Positions 50,201-62,229 of a stretch of DNA of 64,000 nucleotides are shown piece after piece. Source of the DNA: Planctomycetota bacterium (GTDB lineage Bacteria > Planctomycetota > UBA1135 > UBA2386); assembly GCA_965228735.1 (NCBI GenBank), contig OZ245838.1, forward strand, positions 5,312,001-5,376,000, read 5' to 3'. The notes beneath the pieces were generated by a model, which ran no database searches, was not told the DNA's origin, and saw only the letters and a list, made by a program, of their open reading frames with translations. How positions within the stretch are numbered: the first letter of the stretch is position 1; each line of letters begins with the position of its first letter. A program made the translations under genes and the position numbers.

Positions 50201-51621
50201 GGCGTCGGTTCGGTTGCGGGTTCTGGCTTCTGGAACAACGCGTCGGCGCAGGCGACGAGCACGAGCGCCGCGAGCGGCGTGACGTGCAGGACCGTTCGTC
50301 GAGCTGCCGTCAGCAGATGCCAGAGCAGCGGATTCGTGGTCCCGATGAATACGAGCATGTAGGCCAGGAGTGCCCCGAGCAATGCGATGGCCGGCATGAA
50401 CCGTGGTGTGCGCCAGATCCGTGGAATCGCGAACGGGACGGCTACCAGCGCGATGAGCACCAGCCAGCGCTCGTTGCCGCTGCCGAGCAGTTCGGCATAG
50501 AACCGCAGCACTTCGGGGCCGTTCTCGGGCAGCAGCGTCAGGCTGCGCTCGACGAGGCCCATGCCGTCGCCGAGCCGGGGGTCGACGAGGTCGGTGACGA
50601 GGTCGTAGCTGCTGTTGAACCCTTGGCCGGCCGCGAGGATCGCGATCGGCACGAGCAGCCACGACCATTCCCGGCGCAGCGCGCGCGCCGGCTGCCAGGT
50701 GCTTGCGCGTTCGGCCCGCGGTCCGAAGAGCGCGATGGCGTGCTGCAGCAGCGCCGCGATGGCGAGGACGAGCGCGAGCATGACGCCTTCGTTTTTCGTC
50801 GCGACGGCAGCACCGAGCGCGAGCGCCATGAGCCGGAAGTGAGTCACGCCGGCGCCGGCCTGCCAGCGGAGGTAGGCGAGCCCCGCACCGAGAATGCAGA
50901 ATGCGAGCATCGCGTCCGCGCACGCCGTCGCGCCGACCGAGAGGAACGTCTCCGACGTCGCGAAGGCGAGAATCGCGAGATCGGCGAGCCAGCGCGGTCG
51001 CGTGTTCACGAAGCCGCCGGACATGAGCAGCAGCAGCGCGAACGAGAACGCCTGGACCGGGATCCGGCTCTCGAACGGCAGCACCTCGCCGCTGCCCGCG
51101 AACGCGAGCACCTGCACGAGCGGGTCGAACAGCGGGTAGGCCTGGTGCACGACGTGGAACGCGAGGCCGAAGTCGAGCGCGAAGTCGGGCGCGGTGTAGA
51201 GCAGCCGCGCCTTGGAGTTCCAGATCAGGCCTTCGTCGCCGCCGACGATCGGGCCGAAGTTGAGGTCGATGCAGCCGGCGAGCAGGATCAGGCTCGCGAT
51301 CGCGAGCACCGTTCCCGCGCGCCAGTCGAGCGGGCGTGCGGGTTCGTCGACCTCGTCGCGTCGCCGGCGAAGACCGACGGCGAGCAGCCCGCCGCCGACC
51401 GCGGCGCCGAACACGGGGAGCAGGACGCCCGGTCCCGGCTGGCCGGCAGCGAGCCACGCGAACGTGAGTGGCGCGAGGAGCAACTGGCCGACGAGGTAGG
51501 AGTAGGCGAGGAACACCCGCCGGCCGGCCCGAAACCGCAGCCCCAGACATCGGACCACCCCGGCTCCGAGGATCGCCGGCGCGAGCACCGCCGTCGCGAT
51601 GGTGAGCAGCTGACCCGTCAC
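50197..51621 (-). CDS. Polytopic membrane protein, GT-C glycosyltransferase-like
   Basis: Many TM helices; GDEGLIWNSKA, YPLF, ADAMLA and ATKNEG motifs; ATGA overlap with the peroxiredoxin. Confidence 0.72.
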   Translation of the reverse strand: MTGQLLTIATAVLAPAILGAGVVRCLGLRFRAGRRVFLAYSYLVGQLLLAPLTFAWLAAGQPGPGVLLPVFGAAVGGGLLAVGLRRRRDEVDEPARPLDWRAGTVLAIASLILLAGCIDLNFGPIVGGDEGLIWNSKARLLYTAPDFALDFGLAFHVVHQAYPLFDPLVQVLAFAGSGEVLPFESRIPVQAFSFALLLLMSGGFVNTRPRWLADLAILAFATSETFLSVGATACADAMLAFCILGAGLAYLRWQAGAGVTHFRLMALALGAAVATKNEGVMLALVLAIAALLQHAIALFGPRAERASTWQPARALRREWSWLLVPIAILAAGQGFNSSYDLVTDLVDPRLGDGMGLVERSLTLLPENGPEVLRFYAELLGSGNERWLVLIALVAVPFAIPRIWRTPRFMPAIALLGALLAYMLVFIGTTNPLLWHLLTAARRTVLHVTPLAALVLVACADALFQKPEPATEPTP

Positions 51622-52196
51622 GGCTTGCGATACCGCCAGAGCTGGCAGCGAACGTTCTCCGCGGCGAGTTCCCAGCCCGGCCGCTCGGCAGGCCGCCCGA
51701 ACGCCGCCGGCATCGCTGCGGCCTGCACGCCGACGGTCGCTTCGATCGGGCGCACGACCGCGTCACCGGGGGCGACGATCCACGTCGTCTTGCCGTCCTG
51801 CGCCATCGTCTCGGCGTCGGCGAACGCGTCGGCCGAACGCAGGATGATCGGCGCCGGGAACGTGAACATCCGCAGCTGGGTCGCCGTCCTGACCCACGCC
51901 TGGATCGGCGTCGTCTCGCCGCCGAGCGACTGGGCGTTGCGGTCCGTGCGGAACAGCGCCGGCCACGCGACGAACGTCAGGTCGTCCGGCGGGATCGTCG
52001 CGTCGATGAGCTCGACGATCGCCACGTCGTCGCCGAACGCGTGCCGCAAGCGGGCCTCCTCGTCGGCGACGAGCCGCGTGCAGAGTTCGGGTGCGGTGCG
52101 CACGACGCGACTGCCGTGACGCCACAGGCCGCGGCCGACCTGGTAGGCCAGCGCGAGACCGAGCAGCACGACGACGAGGCGCATGGCCGGGACCAT
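51618..52196 (-). CDS. Hypothetical membrane-anchored protein
   Basis: N-terminal hydrophobic helix; GTGA overlap with the next gene. Confidence 0.65.
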   Translation of the reverse strand: MVPAMRLVVVLLGLALAYQVGRGLWRHGSRVVRTAPELCTRLVADEEARLRHAFGDDVAIVELIDATIPPDDLTFVAWPALFRTDRNAQSLGGETTPIQAWVRTATQLRMFTFPAPIILRSADAFADAETMAQDGKTTWIVAPGDAVVRPIEATVGVQAAAMPAAFGRPAERPGWELAAENVRCQLWRYRKP

Positions 52197-52222
52197 ATCG
52201 CACCCCGGCGGTCACACGACGG

Positions 52223-52774
52223 CTACTTCTTGCCCTTGTCGCCGCCGGTCTTGTCCGGCACTTCGATCAACGTCCGCGCCCACATCGTGTCGAACCGCAC
52301 CTCGAGCTGCAGCCGCGTGTGCTCCTTGTCTCCGGCCGGTTGCACGTCGATGCTCATGTGCTCGTAGAGCAGCGAGTTCTCGTCGAGCTCGGTCGCGAGC
52401 ACGATCGCGTCGTCGCCGGGTCGGCTGAAGCCGCGCCCCTCGTGCAGCGTGAGCTCCCAGCCGCCCTTCTTCGTCTTGCGTGCACTCAGCGCGTACCGCC
52501 CAGCCTTCACCTCCTGACCGCCGACGACGAGATCACCCGTCGTCGCGAACGTCGCGCCGGCGAGGTGCCACGCCTTGCCGGCCGCCATCTTCTCGGCGCC
52601 GGCCTTGTCGAACGTGACCGTCTGATAGCGCACGGTGACGGTGAGTTCCTGCGAGACGCGACACTCGAGTGTCTTGGGGAAGTGCGGGTGGAACGGAACG
52701 GGCGGCGCCCACCCGACGCTGGCCATCGTGACCAGGAGGAGCGGGGCGGCGACCAGGGCGAGCTTGCGGTTCAT
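52223..52774 (-). CDS. DUF2911-like exported protein
   Basis: VTVRY, GKAWHLAG.TF.T..DL.VGG.EVKAGRYAL and LEVRFD motifs. Confidence 0.7.
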   Translation of the reverse strand: MNRKLALVAAPLLLVTMASVGWAPPVPFHPHFPKTLECRVSQELTVTVRYQTVTFDKAGAEKMAAGKAWHLAGATFATTGDLVVGGQEVKAGRYALSARKTKKGGWELTLHEGRGFSRPGDDAIVLATELDENSLLYEHMSIDVQPAGDKEHTRLQLEVRFDTMWARTLIEVPDKTGGDKGKK

Positions 52775-52915
52775 GCCCGCCACGGTCGGCGGTCGGACCG
52801 CAACCTGCCAGTGGCGCATGGCGGGCTGTGGCCGTTATGACGAAATCGCGACCCGGCGACCACGGCACCGGGCAATTCGAGTAGCATGCGGGACCACGCC
52901 AGGAGGTGCCTTTTC

Positions 52916-53158
52916 ATGGCAAGTCCCCATGCAGTCGATGGCGTCGTCGTCGTCTCCGTTCCGACGCCGCCAAGTCAGTCTCATCTGGCCGCAAAACGCG
53001 AGGAGCTGATCCTGCGCGAGCTTGCCCCGGATCACTTCCGGTGGTTCCACGCCGATGGAACCCAGACCGTCGTCGAGGGCCGCTCGATCGATCACGCTCT
53101 GCGGGTCGCGGGACTCGTGTGGAGCGACGTCGAGGTCGTGCGGCGCGCGCCGAACTGA
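52916..53158 (+). CDS. Small hypothetical protein
   Basis: Perfect AGGAGG RBS at 52901-52906; 80-aa ORF with coding-like codon usage. Confidence 0.65.
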   Translation: MASPHAVDGVVVVSVPTPPSQSHLAAKREELILRELAPDHFRWFHADGTQTVVEGRSIDHALRVAGLVWSDVEVVRRAPN

Positions 53159-53194
53159 CCTCGAGCTGGCGCCGAACTGGCCCCGAACTGGCGC
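53151..53194. repeat. Degenerate 11-bp tandem repeat x4 spanning a stop codon
   Basis: cgaactgacct / cgagctggcgc / cgaactggccc / cgaactggcgc. Confidence 0.75.
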
Positions 53195-53223
53195 CGGTCG
53201 ACGACTCCGCCCGAGCGCCGCGG

Positions 53224-54057
53224 TCAACGCGCCGAACGCAGCAGCGTCTGGGCCTGCTCCGACAGGCCGAGCAGCGGCAGTTCACGTTCGAACTGCGCCA
53301 TGCTGCCGTGGCCCGCGAGGTACGCGTTGATGCGCATCGCGGCGGTCGAGTTCACGAAGTCGTGCAGGTCCGGGTAGATCGCGCGCAGTTCCTGCTCGAG
53401 CAGGTCCTCGCTGCGCAGTCGATACTTCTGGTGGTAGTCCTCCGCGAGCCAGAAGCGGTCGAGCGGTGCGACGACCGTCTGCAGGTCGCTCTCGTCCTCG
53501 ACGAACTTCGCGACGGCGCGTTCGACCGCCGCCTTCTGGGCGTCGTCGTGGAAGAAGATCGCCGACATGTACTGGCGGCTCCAGGCGCGGCTGCACGGGT
53601 TGTGCGACTCGAAGACGAGCTCGAGGAGTTCGTCGTAGGTGATGCGCTGCGGGTCGAAGTCGACCTGGAACGACTCGGTGTGGTCACCGAGCGAGCGGTA
53701 GGTCGGCGCGTCCTTGGTGCCGCCCGTGTAGCCCACGCGCGTTCGCAGCACGCCATCGAGACTCCCGAACCGGGAGTCCGGGGTCCAGAATCAACCGAGG
53801 GCGAAGGTCGCGGTCTGGAACTCGGCCGGCGCGGCGCCATCGATCGCCGGGATCGCCGGTGCGGCCGCGGTCCGGGCCGCGGGCTCTTGACTGGTCTCGG
53901 TCATCGATATCGTCGCCTCGGTGTCGGCACCCGCGATGCGGGCCTCCGTCTCCACGCAGCCGGCGAGCAGCAGGCCCATGGCGAGGGCGTTAGCCACCAG
54001 CAGGGCCGCGGGAACGCGGTTCCACGGGCGGCGGGTCTCGGCCGTTGCGCGGTGCAT
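53224..54057 (-). CDS. msrA: Peptide-methionine (S)-S-oxide reductase MsrA, selenoprotein (Sec89; UGA at 53791-53793), with lipoprotein signal
   Basis: Read-through joins two track ORFs in frame: QTATFALG-UGA-FWTPDSRFGSLDGVLRTRVGYTGG...PTY..LGDHTE...HNP...QYMSAIF...AEDYHQKY. GUFW replaces GCFW; LLLAGC lipobox. Confidence 0.92.
53760..53778 (-). promoter_or_regulatory. SECIS-like hairpin of msrA
   Basis: mRNA UGA-N12-GACUCCCG-GUU-CGGGAGUC: perfect 8-bp stem with a G-first loop. Confidence 0.82.
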
Positions 54058-54166
54058 GTCGTGATCCTACGCGGGATTCGCCGAGAGTTCCCCCGCGGAC
54101 GCAGCGGTCGCCCGATTCGCCTCCGGGCGCGTCGTCGCGTAAGGTGAGGCGCCGACCGCCCTCGCA

Positions 54167-56710
54167 ATGACCAGCACCCAGAACTCCGACCGCGACGTCG
54201 CCCGGCCGCCCTCGTGGAGCAAGGACAGCGTCCTGCTCGATTATCGCATTGCCCTGCAGTCGCGATTCACCGACGACGTCGAGGAGAACTGGAAGAACGC
54301 GGGCCGCATCAAGTTCGACATCCTCGGCGCGGGTCAGGAGATCGCGCAGATCTGCGCGGTGCGGCCGCTCGTGCCCGGCGACTGGATGCGGGGCTACTAC
54401 CGCGGGTTCGCCGAGGCGCTGTTCACCGAGACCACGACGGTGCGCGAGGCCCTCGCCCAGGTCCTCGGCAACACCGAAGAAGGCTGCGATCCGGCGTCCG
54501 GTGGCCGGATGATGGGGCGGCACTTCGGCAGTCGCCTGCTCGATGACGACGGCGAGCCCGTCGACTTCATGCAGCAGATCAACCGCGGCTCGGACGTGTC
54601 GCCGACGGGTTCGCAGCTCGGCCCGGCACTCGGTCTCGCGCTCGCGAGCAACGTGTTCGCCGACAATCCGGCGATCGAGGAGCGCTTCCCGGGACTCAGC
54701 AAGGGCGGCAACGAAGTCACGCACGTGAGCATCGGCGACGCGAGCATGTCGGAAGGCATCGCGCTCGAGTCGATCTTCCAGGCCGTGGTGCAGCGCGTGC
54801 CGCTCGTTCTCAGCGTTTACGACAACGGCTTCGGCATCTCGGTGCCGATCTCGCAGCAGACGCCCAACGCGAGCATCTCGGTCGCGCTCGAGGGGCTCGC
54901 GAGCGAGGCCGACGGCGGCGCGCGCGTCATCGGGCCGATCCACGACTGGGACTACGCCGAGTGCCGCAAGGCGTACGAAGAGGCCTACGCGTGGGTGCGG
55001 GAGCATCGCGTGCCGGTCATCGTGCACGCGATGGTGACGCAGCCGCGCGGGCACAGCAGCTCGGGCGATCACCGGCGCTACAAGAGCGCCGAGCGGTTGC
55101 AGTTCGAGAAGGACCACGACGGCATTGCCGCGCTGCGGCAGTGGGCGATCGATGCCGGCGTCGCGACGGGTGAAGAGCTCGATGCCGTGGAGCGCGAGGC
55201 GAAGGCGCACGTGCAGGCCGAGGCGGATGCCGCGTGGGCCGAGTACTACGAGCCGATCGTGGCGCTCGCGCACGCGGCGACGGAGCTGTTCGAGCGCGTG
55301 GGGGCCGGCGACTCGTCGCCGGCCGGGCTCGATGACGCGATCGCGCGACTGCGCGCGGGCTCGCGGCTCGACATCAAGCAGGGTTTCCTCACGCGCAGCA
55401 TCGTGCTCGAGGAGGCGCGCAAGATCCTGGCCGCGACGGCCGGCAGCGACGCCGACGCGCGGGCCGAGTTGCTCACGTTCTATGAACGCGAGCGCGCGGA
55501 CGGCCAACGGCGCTTCTCGTCCAACCTCTACGCCAGCGGCAGGCACAGTCCGTGCGAAGCGCCCGCGGTCGCGCCACAGAACGGCGACCAGCCGCGTCTG
55601 GATACCGGCGCGCACATCATGGCGGCCGGCGTCGCGACGCTGATGCGGCAGGATCCGCGCGTCGTCACGTTCGGCGAGGACACGGGCGAGCTCGGCGGCG
55701 TGACGACGTGCTCGATCGGCCTGCAGGGTGGCAAGAGCCAGGTGCTGCCGGAGATCTGGAAGCGCTCGCCCGCGCTCGAGATGTTCATGCCCGAGGCCGG
55801 CTTCGGCCGCGGGCGCATCTGGGACACGGCGATCGCGGAGAACTCGATCGTCGGCACGGCCGCCGGTCTCGCGGTGCGCGGGCTGCGGCCGATCGCCGAG
55901 ATCCAGTATCACGACTACGCCAACTACGGGGTGCCGCAGCTCAGCGAAGAGCTCGCGTGTCTGCGGCATCGCACCGACGGTGGTCAGGAGAGTCCGGCGA
56001 TCGTCTGGTGCCAGGGGCACCGGCTGCTCGGCATGTGGCACTCGGGTTCGCCGATGGGGATGTTCATGACGATCCCGGGCTTGCGCGTGCTCGTGCCCCG
56101 GGACGCGATCCAGGCCGTGGGCATGTATCGCGCCGTCCTGACCCATGGCCGCGACCCCGCGTTCGTCGTCGTGCCGCTGCTCGACCTCTACAACAAGCTG
56201 CCCGTGCCGCAGAACCTCGACGAGGTCTGCGTGCCGCTCGGGCACTCCGAGGTGCTGCGCGAGGGCAGTGACCTCACGGTGATCACCTACGGCCACTGCT
56301 GTTCGCTCGCGCTCGCGGCGGCGAAGGACTTCGACGAGTTGTTCGGGCTGTCGGTCGAGGTCGTCGACCTGCAGACGCTCAACCCGCTCGATCTCAACGG
56401 CGTGGCGCAGCGATCGATCGAGAAGACCGGGCGCGTCCTGTTCCTCGACGAGGACTATCCCAACGGCGCGATGGCGATGGTGTCCAAAGCGCTGCTGCAC
56501 GACCGCTTCGCCGACGACGGCAACCAGGTGCTCTACTACCTCGAGAGCACGCGCACCCTGACGTCGCCCGACCACAAGCCGGCCTACGCGGAGGACGGCG
56601 GTTACTTCAGCAAGCCGCAGGTCCACGACATCGTCGAACGCCTCGCCGAACTGTGGAACGACGGCGTCGCGCGTTCCGCAGACGAAGTCCGCGTGCCCTG
56701 GCGTTCTTGA
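54167..56710 (+). CDS. Fused E1 alpha/beta 2-oxoacid dehydrogenase (ThDP-dependent, transketolase superfamily)
   Basis: GYYR, GDASMSEG...YDNGFGISVP, GHSSSG, FGED, DTAIAE and EVVDLQTL.PLD motifs. Confidence 0.9.
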   Translation: MTSTQNSDRDVARPPSWSKDSVLLDYRIALQSRFTDDVEENWKNAGRIKFDILGAGQEIAQICAVRPLVPGDWMRGYYRGFAEALFTETTTVREALAQVLGNTEEGCDPASGGRMMGRHFGSRLLDDDGEPVDFMQQINRGSDVSPTGSQLGPALGLALASNVFADNPAIEERFPGLSKGGNEVTHVSIGDASMSEGIALESIFQAVVQRVPLVLSVYDNGFGISVPISQQTPNASISVALEGLASEADGGARVIGPIHDWDYAECRKAYEEAYAWVREHRVPVIVHAMVTQPRGHSSSGDHRRYKSAERLQFEKDHDGIAALRQWAIDAGVATGEELDAVEREAKAHVQAEADAAWAEYYEPIVALAHAATELFERVGAGDSSPAGLDDAIARLRAGSRLDIKQGFLTRSIVLEEARKILAATAGSDADARAELLTFYERERADGQRRFSSNLYASGRHSPCEAPAVAPQNGDQPRLDTGAHIMAAGVATLMRQDPRVVTFGEDTGELGGVTTCSIGLQGGKSQVLPEIWKRSPALEMFMPEAGFGRGRIWDTAIAENSIVGTAAGLAVRGLRPIAEIQYHDYANYGVPQLSEELACLRHRTDGGQESPAIVWCQGHRLLGMWHSGSPMGMFMTIPGLRVLVPRDAIQAVGMYRAVLTHGRDPAFVVVPLLDLYNKLPVPQNLDEVCVPLGHSEVLREGSDLTVITYGHCCSLALAAAKDFDELFGLSVEVVDLQTLNPLDLNGVAQRSIEKTGRVLFLDEDYPNGAMAMVSKALLHDRFADDGNQVLYYLESTRTLTSPDHKPAYAEDGGYFSKPQVHDIVERLAELWNDGVARSADEVRVPWRS

Positions 56711-56822
56711 GGCGGGGCGCGGGTCGGGAGAACGGCCCGGATCGGAAGGCGGGGGTGGGCGGCCGGCTGCGTGTCGGTCACACTGGCGGGACCCCCTCTC
56801 CCCGAGATCCGCGAGGCCGCCG

Positions 56823-57638
56823 ATGCGCCTGATCGTTGCTCCGTTCCTGTTCGTTCTCCCCTTGACCGTCGTCGATGTCGTGCCGGCGCAGGACGAGGTC
56901 CTCACCCTGGAGCGCCGCACGAGCGCGCGCGCCTACGACAGCGCGGTCGCGCTGCTCAAGAAGACGCGCATGCAGTTCGTGGCCAGCGACATGACGCCGC
57001 GCGACCTCTGCAAGGCGCTCACGATGGGCGCTGGCGGCAAGCTCAACTTCTCGTGCAGCCGCAAGGTGTCGGAAGCCGCGCCGACGCTCGAACTCGATCT
57101 GCCACCGACCAGCCTGTGGTCGATCATGTCGATCGCCCAGATGGAGACGGGGCTGCGGTTCGTCTACCGCCACGGCATCGTGTTCCTCGTGCCGCAGGAC
57201 CAGGTCAAGCCGATGACCTACCTGCGCGTCTACGATCTGCGCAGCGCGACGATGCCGCTGCGCAGCTTCCCCGGTCCGGACCTCCGGCTGCGGTTGCCGA
57301 ACGAAGAACGCGTGCTCTTCCCCGAGGAGGAGATCTCGGAGACGACGCTCAGCGGCTTCACCGACGAGTCGCTCGAGACGCTGTTCCGCGAGACCGTCCG
57401 CCCCGAATCGTGGGAGGTCGAAGGCGTGAGCCTCAACGTGCAGAACGGCATCTTCCTCATTCGCCAGACCCCGGCCGTCCACCGCGAGATCCAGAAGACG
57501 CTGATCAAGATCGGACTCTGGTCACCGCCGCGCGTGCGTCGCATCCCGGCGCGGTCCGACACCCTGCACGCCGCATCGCGGCGCTATCCGGCGTTGCCGC
57601 CGCAGCGCTACCGCAGCTTCGGCACGTTCCGCTACTGA
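56823..57638 (+). CDS. Exported hypothetical protein resembling N-terminal domains of planctomycete secretin-like proteins
   Basis: Signal ending VPAQ; LRVYDLRS...FPGPDL, L..L.RETV.PESW and L.IRQTP.VH.EI motifs; no secretin barrel. Confidence 0.6.
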   Translation: MRLIVAPFLFVLPLTVVDVVPAQDEVLTLERRTSARAYDSAVALLKKTRMQFVASDMTPRDLCKALTMGAGGKLNFSCSRKVSEAAPTLELDLPPTSLWSIMSIAQMETGLRFVYRHGIVFLVPQDQVKPMTYLRVYDLRSATMPLRSFPGPDLRLRLPNEERVLFPEEEISETTLSGFTDESLETLFRETVRPESWEVEGVSLNVQNGIFLIRQTPAVHREIQKTLIKIGLWSPPRVRRIPARSDTLHAASRRYPALPPQRYRSFGTFRY

Positions 57639-57645
57639 TTCGCGT

Positions 57646-57760
57646 TGGCGGTACCGAACCCGTTTCGAATCCGCCACCCTTCGACTGGCGCAAGGTACTC
57701 GCGTTCACGCGGTTGGAACGCCGCGCGCGTGGCGGATTCGAAACGGGTTCGGTACCGCCA
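57646..57760. repeat. Perfect 32-bp inverted repeat with 51-bp spacer (REP-doublet/MITE-like)
   Basis: TGGCGGTACCGAACCCGTTTCGAATCCGCCAC at 57646-57677 and its exact reverse complement at 57729-57760, between convergent genes. Confidence 0.92.
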
Positions 57761-57761
57761 C

Positions 57762-59206
57762 TCAGGCGAGCAGCGGCGCGATCACGTTCCCGTGCACGTC
57801 GGTCAGGCGGTAGCGCCGGCCCTGGAAGCGATAGGTCAGGCGTTCGTGGTCGATGCCGAGCAGGTGCAGCGCGGTGGCCATGAGGTCGTGCGGACTCACC
57901 GGATCCCGCGCGACGTCGAAGCCGAACTCGTCGGTCTCGCCGTATGACGTTCCGGGTTTGCTGCCGCCGCCCGCGAGCCAGACCGTGAACGCATACGGGT
58001 GGTGATCGCGACCCTGGTCCTTGCCGCCGAGCTTGCCCTGCAAGAACGGCGTGCGGCCGAACTCGCCGCCCCAGATCACGAGCGTGTCGTCGAGCAGCCC
58101 GCGCTGCTGCAGGTCGAGCACGAGTGCCGCGGACGGCTGATCCGTGTCGCGACACTGGATCTCGAGTTGGGTGTAGAGGTTGCGATGCTGGTCCCAGCCC
58201 GCGTGCATCAGCTGCACGAATCGCGTTCCGCGTTCGACGAGGCGCCGCGCCATCAGGCAGTTGTAGGCGAAGCTGCCGCGGCGCTTCACGTCGGGGCCGT
58301 ACATCGCGAGGACGTGCTCGGGCTCGTCCGACAGGTCGGTCAGCTCGGGCACGGACGCCTGCATGCGGTAGGCCATCTCGTACTGCGCGGTTCGCGTATC
58401 GATCTCGGGGTCGCCGACGCGTTCCTGGTGCCGCGCGTTGAGCTTCGCGATGCCATCGAGCATCTCGCGCCGCAGTTGTCGGTCGATGCCCGCGGGGTCG
58501 TCGACGTAGAGCACCGGGTTGCCCGAGCCGCGGAACTTCACGCCCTGGTGCACCGTCGGCAGGAAGCCGCTGCCCCAGTAGTGGTCGTAGAAGATCTGCC
58601 CGCACGACGCTTCCTTGTCGCGCGAGGTCATCGCGACGTAGGTCGGCAGGTCGTCGCACTCGCGGCCGAGGCCGTAGGACAGCCACGCTCCCATGCTGGG
58701 GCGGCCCGGCCGTTCGCTGCCCGTGAGCAGGAACGTGATCGCCGGTGCGTGGTTGACCTGGGTCGTGCGCATCGACTTCACGAAGCACAGCTGATCGGCG
58801 ATCGAGCCGGTCCACGGCATGAGCCGTGACACCGTCGCGCCGCTCTGTCCGCGGCGTTCGAACGGGCGCAACGCGCGGAGACACGGGCGCGCCGTCTGGC
58901 TGCCCGTCATCGTGCTGAAGCGGCGCCCCTTGGCGATCGAGTCCGGAATCTGCTGGCCGTGCATGGCGGCGAGGCGCGGCTTGTGATCGAACAGGTCGAC
59001 GTGCGAGGGGGCGCCGTTCTGGAAGAGGTAAATCACGCGCCGGGCCTTCGGCGTGTGGTGGGGACAGCCGTCGGTGGTCGCCAAGAGCCCGTTCGGCAGC
59101 CGTCCATCCCGCAGCAACGAGTCGAGCGCCATCGCCCCGAGGCCGAGCCCCGAACCGCCGAGCAAGGCCCGGCGGGTGAGCGCGCGGTGCAGTTCGGTCG
59201 TGGGGT

Positions 59207-59210
<4 letters not shown>
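57762..59210 (-). CDS. DUF1501 family protein
   Basis: TRRALL, KARRVIYLFQNGAPSHVDLFDHKP, WDQH, GGEFGRTP and GRDHHP motifs. Confidence 0.93.
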
Positions 59211-62224
<3,014 letters not shown>

Positions 62225-62229
62225 GGAAC

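Noticed and set aside
49649..54057. Pseudogene or alternative-genetic-code explanation of the two in-frame TGAs
   Set aside because: Both TGAs fall exactly on catalytic Cys positions with intact flanks and downstream hairpins, and TGA is used as a normal stop by many genes here. Sec is more parsimonious, though unproven without sel genes.
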